A DNA stretch of 64,000 nucleotides from Lingula anatina (lineage: Eukaryota > Animalia > Brachiopoda): contig CM120648.1 of assembly GCA_051362555.1 (NCBI GenBank), positions 18,410,587-18,474,586 of the forward strand. Direction: 5' to 3'. Every line of letters begins with the position of its first letter. Positions within the stretch are counted from its first letter, which is position 1. The position numbers were made by a program, and so were the translations under genes. Positions 35,475 through 50,000 of the stretch are shown in pieces. The notes beneath the pieces were generated by a model. It made no database searches. It worked only from the letters and a program-made list of their open reading frames with translations, and was not told where the DNA came from.

Positions 35475-38400
35475 CTGGATAAAAACATTGATGAAATGGT
35501 TTTGACCACCTTTTTGGACTTTTTAAACTGCATGCTGATGGACCCACAAATTTATGTCAAAGGCCCAGACCAAATCTAGTCCCATGCATAAAAAGCCCAG
35601 ACCCCATGTTTATTACGCCCTGGCTGGGCCCATTCTTTATGGTGTTTGTATTGTTAACAGCATACTGGGCAAGTTAATTGACCAAGTTAATTGGCCAAGC
35701 TGCCATGCAGTTTGTTGGTATGATATGGCATGTGCAGGGGATGTCTTCAAATGTACTTGGTCTGCTTCAAATTAAAAAAAAAAATGGGTATTGATAAAAT
35801 TTATTCTGAACAGTCTATAAGCCAGGCAGATTCAGTACAATGGTATATGTATTTGTAGGTTGATAAGGGCATTTTTACAATCCTGGGCTCCTTTTTTTCC
35901 CACCAAGGGTCAAAAATAGAAATCATTATTGTGTTGAAATTTGTACTTTTCTTGAAAGTATAGACCTGAAGGGTATAAGAAATGTCAATCCCGAGATAAA
36001 ACCTTGTGTATGTATAAAGATATGATCATTTGAATTTTGAAAATCATTTTTTTAATTTTCATAAGCTAAACCTTGAAGTGTGTGACTTTTATGATAATTT
36101 AAGGTATTGATCTCCAAAAAACCACTTAGTTTTACAGAAAGTATTGCTCTTTTATGTATTTGCAAAAAAAAAAAAAAATGGATGAAAATATCCAAAATTT
36201 GACGAATCAATGATATTTTGTAATTTTCCTGTTTCAGTATTAAATGTGACTCCATGAAGTTCATGATTCTGTACTTCACTTTACCTTGCATTAGTTCCTT
36301 ATGTTATGCTTCATGATTGTGTAAAATATTATTTTGCACAGACATGTGTGCTAATTGCAGTGTCATGTTAAAATAATTGTCCTTTCCGAAACATCCCTGT
36401 TTCGGAAAGGACATTGTTTTAACATTTATGATATTGTTTTAATATATTGTAGTATTTGAGTTTATAAGTTTTAGGTAAAGTCTATGAATAACTGGGCAAA
36501 ATAGGTGGAAGCTGAACTAAAATTGAAGTCTTTTTATTACATTTTGTGTTTGTTTTGTCTATTATGTACTAGAAATTCCATTACTGGAATTTTATTATGT
36601 ACAGACACAGATGTGTCTGTACATATAGCCATCATCTGCGTCTGTCGTCGCCGTCGTCGCCGTGCACTTTTACCGATAACACGATAAGTGGAAAACCATT
36701 TTGCCTTTTGATTTGAAACTTGCAGAACTGATGAATATTCATAATACGCAGGTCAAGTTCGAAAATCAGCATGATCGGGTCACTCTTAGGGAATTTATGC
36801 TGTTTTTTCACTTTTTTCAACATATATGCAGCACCGATAACACGGTAAGTGGAAAACCATTTTACCTTTTGACTTGAAACTTACAGAACTGATGAATATT
36901 CATAATACGCAGGTCAAGTTCGAAAATCAGCATGATCGGGTCACTTTAGGGAATTTATGCTGTTTTTTCACTTTTTTCAGCATATATGCAGCACCGATAA
37001 CACGATAAGTGGAAAACCATTTTACCTTTTGGCTTGAAACTTACAGAACTGATGAATATTCATAATATGCAGGTCAAGTTCGAAAATCAGCATGATCGGG
37101 TCACTTTTAGGGAATTTATGCTGTTTTTTCACTTTTTTCAGCATGTATGCAGCACCGATAACACGATAAGTGGAAAACCATTTTACCTTTTGACTTGAAA
37201 CTTACAGAACTGATGAATATTCATAATACGCAGGTCAAGTTTGAAAATCAGCATGATCGGGTCACTTTAGGGAATTTATGCTGTTTTTTCACTTTTTTCA
37301 GCATATAGGCAGCACCGATAACACGATAAGTGGAAAACCATTTTACCTTTTGGCTTGAAACTTACAGAACTGATGAATATTCATAATATGCAGGTCAAGT
37401 TCGAAAATCAGCATGATCGGGTTACTTTTAGGTAATTTATGCTGTATTTTCACTATTTTCAATATAAATGCAACACTGATAACACAATATAAGAAAAACG
37501 GATTGGCCAATTGTAATTATACTCACAGGAGTGGTCAATCTTACTAAAACGCAGGTTGAGTTCGAAAATAAGCATAATCGGGCCATTACTTAAGAAGTTA
37601 TACTGTTTTTTCACATTTCCTCAGATTCAATTATTAGGCATGTTAACAGTCTCATTATTTAACTAATAAGATGCCTAAATATGCAGGTCAAGTTCAAAAA
37701 TCAGCATGATCGGGTCACTTATAGGGAATTTATGCTGTTTTTTCACTTTTTTCAGCATATATGCAGCACCGATAACACGATAAGTGGAAAATCATTTTAC
37801 CTTTTGGCTTGAAACTTGCAGAACTGATGAATATTCGTAATACGCAGGTCAAGTTCGAAAATCAGCATGATCGGGTCACTTATAGGGAATTTATGCTGTT
37901 TTTTCACTTTTTTCAGCATATATGCAGCACCGATAACACGATAAGTGGAAAATCATTTTACCTTTTGGCTTGAAACTTACAGAACTGATGAATATTCATA
38001 ATACGCAGGTCAAGTTCGAAAATCAGCATGATCGGGTCACTTATAGGGAATTTATGCTGTTTTTTCACTTTTTTCAGCATATATGCAGCACCGATAACAC
38101 GATAAGTGGAAAATCATTTTACCTTTTGGCTTGAAACTTACAGAACTGATGAATATTCATAATACGCAGGTCAAGTTCGAAAATCAGCATGATCGGGTCA
38201 CTTATAGGGAATTTATGCTGTTTTTTCACTTTTTTCAGCATATATGCAGCACCGATAACACGATAAGTGGAAAACCATTTTACCTTTTGGCTTGAAACTT
38301 ACAGAACTGATGAATATTCATAATACGCAGGTCAAGTTCGAAAATCAGCGTGATTGGGTCATTTTTAGTGAATTTTGGCTATTTTTTCTCTTTTTTCAGC

Positions 38401-41400
38401 ATATATGCAGCACCGATAACACCATAAATGGAAAACCATTTTACCTTTTGGCTTGAAACTTACAAAACTGATGAATATTCAAAATACGCAGGTCAAGTTT
38501 GAAAATCAGCATGATCGGGCCATTTTTAGGGATGTTATGCTGTTTTTTCACTTCTTTCAACATATATGCAACGCTAATAACACAATATAAGAAAAACAGA
38601 TAGGCCAATTGTCATTATACTCACAGGAGTAGTCAAACTAACTAAAACGCAGGTTGAGTTCCAAAATCAGCATAATCGGGCCATTCTTTTAGAAGTTATG
38701 CTGTTTTTTCACATTTCCTCAGATTCAATTGTTAGGCATATTAACAGTCTCATTATTGAACTAATAAGATACGTAAAAGTGTTTGTTTGACATTTCCTGC
38801 ATCTTAATAACATTGTTAGTTGATTATGTAAAAATGATGGTAAACTTGTTATTGTGTATTATGTTATAAAGTGTCAAAAATGGAAATAAACAAATATCAT
38901 TGCAGTTTGTCAGATTCAATCATCTACTATATTCATTATCTCAGAATGGAGGAAATTGGACATTTAACACTGTTCTATTGATATTTTTCCCATCTCATCA
39001 ATTTTCTTAGTTGATCATATACAAATGGTAGAAAACTGTTTATTTTGTTTTATGTTAAAAAAGTGTTTTAAAAATGGAAGTAAATCCATTGCAGAACAGT
39101 GCTGTCTTGTTTCAGCATATATGCAGCACCAATAACACGATAAGTGGAAAACCATTTTAACTTTTCCCTTGAAACTTACAAAACTGATGAATATTCATAA
39201 TACGCAGGTCAAGTTTGAAAATCAGCATGATCGGGTCATTTTTAGGGAAGTTATGCTGTTTTTCACTTTTTTCACCATATATGCAACACTGATAACATGA
39301 TAAGTGAAAAATCATTTTACCTTTTGGCTTGAAACTTGCAGAACTAATGAATATTCATATTACGCAGGTCAAGTTTGAAAATCAGTATGATTGGGTCATT
39401 TTTAGGGAAGTTATGCTGTTTTTCACTTTTTTCAGCATATATGCAACATTGATAACATGATAAGTGGAAAACCATTTTACCTTTTGGTTTGAAACTTGCA
39501 GAACTAATGAACATTCATAATACGCAGGTCAAGTTTGAAAATCAGCATCATCGGGTCATTCTTAGGGAAGTAATGCTGTTTTTTCACTTTTTTCAGCATG
39601 TATGCAACACCTTTGTGCTATATGATGGTACTGTATGGATGACAGTCTATAAAATTGTCCCTTGGGTGATCACTAATTAAATTAAGGTCTATAAAGTCAC
39701 TTGCCTACTCATTAATTTTCAATTGGCCATTAAATGAGATTACATAAAACACTCCTTGAGATTTCCCTGTAAAGTCCCATAGGTTTAGCTCTCTTAACTG
39801 TGTCACAAAATTAGGATTTGGTGATAATTGTGCAGATAAATGGTGTTTAACATTGCAAATAAATTTACAACAAAAAGAATGTGTTATGCCAACGTGCTAT
39901 AGATGAATAACAGTGCTTTATTTTTCTCAAACTTGGTGGGGTTATTAATATCAAGTTAATGCAGCTAGATTAAAAGTTTGAATAGCAGCTTTATTGGAAT
40001 TTTTTACGTTTTATTTAAATTTTTTTTTTTAATTATTTTTCAAACACAAGCATCTTCAAGATGTGATTTTATACTCCCATCCACCAGAAGTGCTGTGCAT
40101 TTTCTGTATTTTTGTATATAATTGTTATTTCTTCAGATTTAATTCTTAGGCATGTTAACAGTCTCATTATGGAACTAATAAGATATGTAAAAGTGTTGTT
40201 TTGACATTTTCTGCTTCTTAACAATATTGTTTGTTGATTATATAAAAATGATGGTAAACCTGTTATAATATTGTGCATTGTGTAATAAAGTATCATAAAT
40301 GGAAAGGAACACATCATTGCAGTTTGTCAGATTTAATCATTCACTATGTTCAGCATCTGCAAATGGAGCAAATTGGACATTGAAAATTGTTCTATTGCTA
40401 TTTTTCCTATGTCAACAATTTTCCTAGTTGAACATTTAAAAATGACAGTTTATTGATCATTTTGTTTTAAAAAAGGTGTTGAAAATGGAAAGAAAATCAT
40501 TTCAGTACAGTTATCTCTTGTTTACATTTTGGCATTTTGAAAGTGTGACTCTGAACTTCCATGGCCTTGAAGACCTTCCCAAATCACATTTTCTGAATAT
40601 TCATGATACTTTTATTTTTTCTTTATATAAAATTTGATGGTCATTATGCTGTTAAGTATTATGTTTTATTGCATGAAAGTTGAAGAAAACCCTATTTTGG
40701 ACACTGCTGCCAGGATAGCGATTAAGGGAAAACCATGTTACTTACGATACTGAAACTTAGTGAAAAGTTTCATAAGACAGAAGTGTGCAGCTTGTGTTTG
40801 AAAACCAGTGTGATTGTTTTCTGTTATGGAGGCAATGCAGGTTTATAGAGTGCTATACTGGCATTTTCAAGTTGTGACTTATCACTCCTATCTGCCAGGA
40901 GCCCTGTACTCTTACTTTGTAACATTTTCTGTATTTTGTTAAGTTACAAGAATGATTCTTAGGATTGACATACAGCCCAAAAAAAAAAAAAAAAAAAATT
41001 AATAATTATATATATATATCAAGGCTGTTGCAATGTTTTTTTTAACTAGTAAACAAAATCTCTTACACTGCTACAGCACATCATCTGCTAGCAACAATTT
41101 TTACATCTGATGGTTTTTAGAAGTTACTGTCCCTGTGATTCATCGGCTGATATTGTTTTTATCTCAAGGTCAAACAGGCCAAAATCTCCTAAAAATGGGG
41201 GTTTAAAAAACATATATATGTTTGTGCCAATTTTTAGAAACTACACTGACCTAAGTGGGGGGATTACATTTTGGGACTTCATCTTCGGGAGTTTGGGGTC
41301 AATCGGTGCATTTTCACAGGAGAGTCAGCCGTTAGATGCCAAAGCTGAAAACTCTCTATTAAACCGGAACCCTAAATACAAGAGACCTCTTGTTTTTTTG

Positions 41401-44400
41401 CATTACGTAGAGCTTGTCAAGCTCAATTAATACTGGGGTTGGAATCCATTTTTTTGTTTGTTTTTGATATGTAGGTTAGGAGTTGTGCTATATAAAAAAG
41501 TACATTTCAATATTCAGTACTGAAGCAAAATGTGAAATACTCAAAAACTGGCAGAGATACACCCATGGTTACTATTGACCTTGAATAAGAAGTCACATAC
41601 TGGTGGCCAAACTGTGACCTTGAAATTGACCTTTGACCTACTTTTCATCTTAAACTAAGTCTTGCAAATTTTTTGCCTCTTTTATCTGCAAAAATGGCAG
41701 AGATACACTTATAGTTACTATTGACCTTGAATAGGAAGTCATATACTGGCAATCTTACTCTACGCTGCTTTGTAATCTGGAACATAGTAAATCTTACACG
41801 TCAGACTTTGTGTGCAAATCGACTTTGTGATTTATGATAAATGTCTGTATACTTCACTTTGTTCTTCAGCAGTGATTCAGTATCCAGATTACACACCCTT
41901 TTTATCTATCTATCTATTTTACTCGAAGATTGTTTTACCTTGATATAAATAACGCACCATAGTATTTTTGGGAATTTCTCAATTCAATTCAAAAATTTAA
42001 TTAAGCTGTGATTTATCGACTTTTGTCATCGTGAAAATGTGAGATTTTACATAACACACTGTTACTCTCAAGCACATATGCAGGCATCCACCTCTCTAGA
42101 TTTTCTCTCGCTTCCTCTCTGCTATCGCTTCACAATAAATATAACGTCTGCAAACATCATCGTTCACCTTATCCATGAGTCCTTTTGTCAATCTGAAGCA
42201 TAACATTTGTATTACCAGGTGAGTTTAATGAACGGCTTCGCCGATTGTGTGAAAGTGGTAAGATTCCAGTATACCGACAGCGAGTAGCTATTGTTGGACC
42301 TTACGGTGTGGGGAAGACTTATCTCGCCAAGCGCCTCATCCACGAAGAATATATCAAAGAAGAAGATGCAAATACAACTGGCGTGAATATATACCGTCAT
42401 AGGTGTGTTGTCCATAAAGCTGGCCGATCCTGTTGGATCAGAGGAAAAGGTAAGCAGAATATAGGAAAACGTTTGACACATATGGAATGTGTTTATAAAG
42501 AATACAAAGAACAGAAGATACTTAAGACATTTTCAATTTTACCGCATAACCCACAATAAGGAATTATACCTACATGAAAGTGTGGATGTCGAAATGTGTC
42601 CTTCCCTATCTTAGTATGGTAGACGAGGGGCTGAGTGAAAAAGTACCTAAATAAGTGGTGCCTTTGTATTGTTATCAATCAATTGACATACATGACACTT
42701 AACAATCTACTCCTACAGCCCATTGATTGTTTTTTAACTGGGTACAAACACAATAATTTCATTCTCTGTAAAAACACCATGCTTTATTTCATTAAATGTT
42801 GAAATGAATTTTTCAAGGGTGTAGCCTGATACGTACACTCAGAAAAGGTACATTTAGGTACAAGACTTGATCCACCTGTATGATCCTTCCAACTATTCTC
42901 AGATGATCCAAAAGACCAGTTTGCACAAAACATGGCAATTGGAGTACAGAATTCAGATACGTTTTGTGATCCGGACTTAACAGTATTGGACCAAACGCCA
43001 CTAGAAGAATCCCCACCAGATTCAGAAGAGAATATTAATAACATGCTGACAAATAGAGGTATTGTACATGATTGTCTCGAATAGTTCATTTAAGCAGATA
43101 TTTGTAGTTATTCTTCTTTTTTGCCAAGAGATTCCACCTTCTATGTGTTTTTCGTTGGCCATTCCACATATATGTTCCTTTTTCTCTTTTTCTGTTAGAA
43201 TGGTGTTTGATATTATTCTTCTCTTTATTCTACAGCAGCTCCCCCTGATGACAGTGAATCATCTGTCTCTCTTGACAAAGCAGCAGGTAAGTAGTTCACA
43301 TGTAATAAAACAAAATTCTCGTGTATTGCTCAGAATGTCGAGAGTTTTTCTTAGCTTGTCGATTAGGTATGTGAGTTTCTATCTTCTTATTTTTATCAAA
43401 CTGGGACTTAGAACTCACACGGGCATGAAGCCTGGTAATCAAATTTTCTTAATGTCCATGTTTTTAATAGAAAATAAGTAAAATTTCATGGTATACAGTT
43501 GCCCATTATGTTATATTGCATCAAAAACCTACTTTGTGCACTATCACCATAACGTTATAAAAAGAAAACTGTTACCTATTTTATATTTACAAAAAATGAT
43601 TCTCAGGATTGACAAACAGCTTAAATTAGAAAACCAGCTCTTTTGAATTATTGTTTTAATCGAATTATGCATTTTTTGTGAAATTTTTATTTATCTCATT
43701 CTGGTGTGAGCTTGAACTCTCATGGGCCTGAAGCCTTATGCTTTTACTTACATCGTTATATACTGTTGTGCATAATTAAATTTTGAGGTTGACTGTGCAG
43801 TAAAGCATTGTATTATATTAGAACTGACAGCCTCCTATTTTGTGCATTATTATTTTCTGCTTTTTTAAAATTGTGACTTAGATATTTCATGGGCCTGAAT
43901 ACCTTTGCTAGTCACATTTGGGTGAAAAGCCTCTAATCTTCCATTCGGTAACTACTAGCAAAATTCAGAACTATAAGGTCACTTGCCTAAATTAAGTTTC
44001 AAGTGGCAATAAAATGAGATTATATAAAACACACATGTTGAGATTCCCTGTAAACTCCCATAGGTTAAGTTCTCTGCCAGATAACAGTGTCCATAATAGG
44101 GAAGCAGTGATAATTATGCAGATAAATGTTGTTTAATTTTGCAAATAAGTTTTCAAAAAATTATTTTGTATAATGCCAACATTAATGCTAGTTTGAAAAG
44201 CAGCTTTACTGGAATGTTTTGTTTTTAATTTTTTCAAACACTGAGGGTTTCAACTCAATTTTTAACTCCCCTCCACCTGAAGCTCTGCACATTTTCTGTT
44301 TTCCCACATAAGCAGTTGTATTGGTATTTATGCATTTCAACATTATGTAACATTATATTATTCTATGCACTGCTTTCATATGTCAAATATTGTGATTTTC

Positions 44401-46314
44401 ATTATGTGAATTTGAACTCTCGTGGTCCTGAAACTGTAATCTTATCATAGGGGCAGATTGGGATCGTCCTCAAGGTTTTCAGGAAGGCGGTCAGATTTTA
44501 AAGTTTACATTGACAGGTATCTATTTTTTTGTTGGAAGACCATCTAAAATGGAGGGTGGATTAACAAAGATATTTTAAAATACTGTCAGAAAATACATTT
44601 GGATCCGCTCCTGTTATTGACCATGTTACCTGTTGTGCATGACTTAAATTCAGTGTCGATTGACCGTGCTATTACAAGTATTATTTATTATTTCATCAAA
44701 ATGAGAAATTAACCTATTTTTTGCATCTTTATTTATTTATTTATTTATTTTGTCTGTAGACTCACCCTTCAAGAAATCCATGCCTTCAAGAAATCAACGA
44801 AAACTGGAAGTGCGTTTTTTGCACCGTTTTTCCTGTCATGCCCATCGTAAACACTGTGTTGTCAAGTAAAATGAAGCGTCTGATACAAAGTATCAAATGC
44901 GGCATTGACGTGCTTGCTTGCGATGCGTTCAGTACACTTTGTTTACACTGAGAAGTCGAGGTCAGGAATGCATTATGTTTTTCTATGTAATTACGCAGTT
45001 TCAATTTTGATTAGTAAATTTTCTTTTATCCGCATGGTCATTTTCCGAACATTTGTATAAGCCACGAAATATTTCTCATCGGAAAATCAAGTACAAGCGA
45101 GTGACGTCATGACGCACTTCCGGTTTTCGTCAAGATCTTGAAGGGATTAGCGTTACGGTTTGCTGCACATTTAAAACGTTCTGTCTCAAAATGTACTCGA
45201 CTGCTTGGATTGAAATTTACAAAACTTATTCTTCACATGATATCACACATATGTGCTTAATTTGAGAGCTTTAGCTGTTATATATTTTCTACAGTGCCCA
45301 TTCAAAATTGAAAAAGAGCTATTTTCCGGCGATTTCTTGAAGGGCAAGTCTACATTTGACAGATTTGCTGTCTTGTTTTATCTGGGTACAAACACGACAA
45401 TTTAATTTTCTGTAAAATAAGTCTTTATATGACTGAGGATTATTTTTCTTTTTGCCAAGGGATTCCACCTTCTATGTGTTTTTCGTTGGCCATTATACCT
45501 TATGTGCCTTGAAGACTGGGCACTTGATACCAATTATACTTGATCTTATTAGACGCATTTTCGATGTAATTTATTTATTTTTATACAATATTTATACAAT
45601 ATCCCAAAGTTATATGTTAAAATTTTGTAAAGAAATTCCTTTATCTTAGCCACATTTTTGTTTACGTTAAGATTGAGTCATTTTCTGCTGGAATGGGGTT
45701 TGATATTCTTCTTCTCTTTATTCTACAGCCGCTCCCCCTGATGACAGGGAATCACCTGCCTCTCCTGACAGAGCAGCAGGTAAGTAGTGCACATGTAGTA
45801 AAACAAGATTCCGTCTTTTGCTCAGAATCTGCGAGAGTTGTTCTTAGCTTGTCGATTAAGTATGTGAGTTCCTGCATTCTTATTTTCATCAATTTGTATT
45901 AATAATGTTACATTAAAATTGACTATACCTTACAATTTTAATTTATGTTTTGAGCTAACTCACTTGTATTCAACAGAGAGGATACATTTTTAAGAAAAAA
46001 ATGTTTTTTTTTTTTCGCAAATTGCCGATAAACCTTCAGAAACAGACGAAAGCTTCTAATTTATTTGATAACTGTTTCACAAAGTTAATTGACACTAAAT
46101 ACATTCAAATTTTGTCAATAATTACGATACTTTTTTATGCTAAAAAGTTTTATTTTAACCGCACTGTTTATTGTACAGTCCTGAAAGTGGATGTCATACC
46201 TCTGGGGAAGAAAACATGAGTTGTATAAGAATGTTGACGATATGTCGATGTATGAACAGTCCCTGACAAATGAAATAAATTAGATTGAAAGCATGTCTAT
46301 AAAGATTAAGGTCT

Positions 46315-46354
<40 letters not shown>

Positions 46355-46982
46355 AACCCCCCCCCTTAAAGAAGGCACATAGCTGAAAACTCAATCGGGC
46401 GCTTGATACCAATTATACTTATTACATGCATTTTCAATCTAATTTATTTATTTTTATACAATATTTATACAATATACTGCGGGATTAATACGATGATTTG
46501 GATAAATATGCACGCATTGCAATACATAACAATATGCATTATGCTAAAATCAGTTAGTTCGGACATAGCTTATTGTATTCCTCGCAGTGGCAGAAAGGGA
46601 CCATCTAGATGATATTGACAAGGAGCTATTGGAAAAAATTGAGAAAATTGCCCGAGGAGAAGATGTGGAGCCAGAGAAACAGGTCACAATTTGGGATTTT
46701 GCAGGACAGGATGTCTACTACACCACACACCAAACGTTCCTCTCAGAGCGGATCATCTACTTGTTGGTATTCCGACTTGACCAGGACCTCGATGATAAAA
46801 TCCGTGTATACAGGGGAGAGAAGACGCTGAAAGGTATTGTTGAGGTTTATGTATATATCTTTACATGTATAAGCTACTCAGGGCCCTCATGTAAATAAAC
46901 TGTCAACTGTGTGTAATTTCTTTATTAAAAGACCCACATTTTTAAATCTCTCTATTGCTCTTAATACATGTATATTGCTATA

Positions 46983-47027
<45 letters not shown>

Positions 47028-50000
47028 ACATTGAGTTTTTAGTTGCGTTAATTTTAAATGGTTCCGATGAGTGTTTTAGATTTTAATATTGTAGTAATTT
47101 TAAAGATTTTAGTTATATTATCCATTGTAAGGCACCCAATAAGAAAATTTATTATTATATTAATGGGCACTATTTTTAGCAATGCTGAGGAGAAAACACT
47201 GAATAATATTCATCTTTGCAATTACCTCAAGGCTTTATATACATTTTTCAGAGTTCATTATGTTTTGGTTAAACTCAATCCATATGCACACTATTGGAAA
47301 GTTGAGGGAAGAAGACAAAAATGCCATGCCATACGTCTTGATTATTGGAACTCATAAGGACATGTTATGCTCACAGGTGAAAACGCTTTTCTTATAACAA
47401 CTATTCAATTACTACCATACTTATTCTATGTATAATTTGTATCCCTTCAACCATATCACGATTCCTGACGAGTGACTTAATTATTTAGAAACTTTTCACT
47501 ATGTGACTATTTGTGGATGGCATGATTTAATGTTGGGGGAAAAGGGTGTTCCTTGCTCCCTGTACTCCATCCTAATTTTATAGGTTCATTGCAACATACC
47601 CCATTTCTCAACTTGAACAAAGTGGACTATATCATATACACACATACACATACACACACCCCTGTAAATGTTTTCTTTCACACTGACAATTTAACATTAT
47701 TATATGGTAATGAACAACAACTACAAAAATGTCTTAACTAGTTTTTATTCATAGGGCGACGTTGAAAAGATTTTTGATAAACTCAAGAAGTGTCTAGACG
47801 ACAGGCAGGTACTCAAGGACCACGTCTACCGATATTTTGCCATAAGCAACTTGGCCGAAGATGATGGGGAGTTTGCTGAAATAAAAAGAGCGATTGAAGA
47901 TTTGTGCGGTTATAGCAGCGACAGTGAGGCTACCGTTCAACATCTTTCAGTGAATTGGATTAAATTGGAAATGAATTTGGCAGAGAAGAGTGAAGAAACC
48001 CCCATCATATCTATTGAAAAACTGAGGGAAATGGCAAAAAGGGTAGGACTCCCTGATGAAGAATTACAAGAAAAATTCATTCCCTACCATCACCGTCAAG
48101 GCGACATCCTACACTTCAAAGTTGATGGACTGGAAAATGTTGTCATAATAGATCCACTTTGGTTAGCAGTTGTGTTTTCTGCCATCATGACCAATGCCAG
48201 CAGTCAACCTGGAGGCAGTCACTTTGATCTCCTGAAATACGATCTGAAAAGAGGAGTGCTCAATGAGGAGGTATTTGATGAATATCTAAAACAAATCAAA
48301 ATGGCCGAAAAAAAGACTGAAATCATTCAACTTATGCTGCATTTCGACTTGATGTTAGAAATATCCCAAGCAGTTGAAAACCCTCTGCCCGGTTCTGGAA
48401 AGAGAAGATTTGTCGTGCCTAGTATGCTGGTATCCAATAACAGTGTAAATAACGCCTTGTCTGAGACAGATCCACAGAAATATTTGCTTATCGCATTCCC
48501 TCACATTCTGTTTCCTCTCGGTTTGTTTCATCGTCTGATCATCCGTCTTCTTAGGAAGTATAGAGCTCAGGAATATAAACATAACATTCCAGTTGTTGAG
48601 TTTGACCACGCCTCCTTCCGTTTGGGAGACAAACAGTCGGTGCTCCATCTCGCCATTGAAGAAATGGCCATGAGAATGATGATAACAAACGCTACTGGAA
48701 ACAAACCAAAACCTCACATATACTTAGACGCACGGAAAACGGTCGAAAAAGAGCTGTCAACTCTTCGGGACACGTACTGTCCCAGGATGCAGTTAGAGTT
48801 TCGCATTAGGGTAAACGACAAAGGAAAAGATATTCCAATAAACGCAGAGGACGTCCAAGAAAACAATGAGATATGTAGGTCTGTAGAGGGCACTGAAATG
48901 CCAATTGATGTGACACCGTATCGTGTTTGGTTTTCAGGTAAGCATTAAAATTTTAGGCAGTTTTGCTGTGAGCAGACATTATATTGCTGAATATAATTAG
49001 GGGTAATGTAGTCATTGAAATTGGCGATACTTAAACTGATGTAAATGCAACTAATCTTGGGTGATGTACTACGATGTCCATGAAAGGAATTTATATGTCA
49101 AATTGTTGTCAATAAACCAAACTAAATGCTACCATATGTATTTTAAAATAATGTATCTTGATAAATACCCAAAGGTTATTTCATAATCCCCGTAAATGAT
49201 ATCTTTTTAGATCTTATCAGCATTTTTCCCCTTGGCAATTTTTGCCCATCACCTTCGTTAGAACAATATAAATATCGCCCACAAAATCATGCAATTTATA
49301 TTTTGATCATTCTAATGATACAAGTTTTACATGGGCATCAAAGTCTGGGTGAGGGTAAGACTGTTGCAATTCTTTGTGTGCCGAACATTTTTCATATAAA
49401 CTGTCGCATATTAGATTTATTACCCAGCTGTTCACAGCGCTAGACTTGTTTTAACTTTTAATTTAAAAACAAATGCCCAAGCATATTTGGAAAACATTTT
49501 TAAATTAAAATGACAAAAATGAATATTATGCCCTGGTCGTATTTTGAGAATTTACCTGCAGTGCAGAAGGTAAATGTACAGCAGGTTACCTTTTGCTCAC
49601 AACACATATCTATTAATAAGTTTCTTCATACTTAAATTACATGTATATTATTAATTGCTAAATATGGTTCATCATGCGCATATTCTTGTCATCCTTCTTA
49701 TTTTTACAGATAGTGCACAGGCAGTACAAACAAGTGATCCAGGTAATTTTGTATTTGGTAGTGCTTAGCTTAGGCTAAGAAGTACGCACATTATTCTTAT
49801 TTTTACTTCTATTTTTTTTTTACTTTTAACTTACAAATCTTCAAAATAAAGAAATAGCATATATTGTTACTAGCATGTACCCCCTGTTCATATGACAGTA
49901 CATTTTACTGACTACATATTTCTCCCATAATGCAGTGGTGGTTGCCGTATATTTTACACAAACACACACACACACACACACACTTGTTTACTACTCTCTC

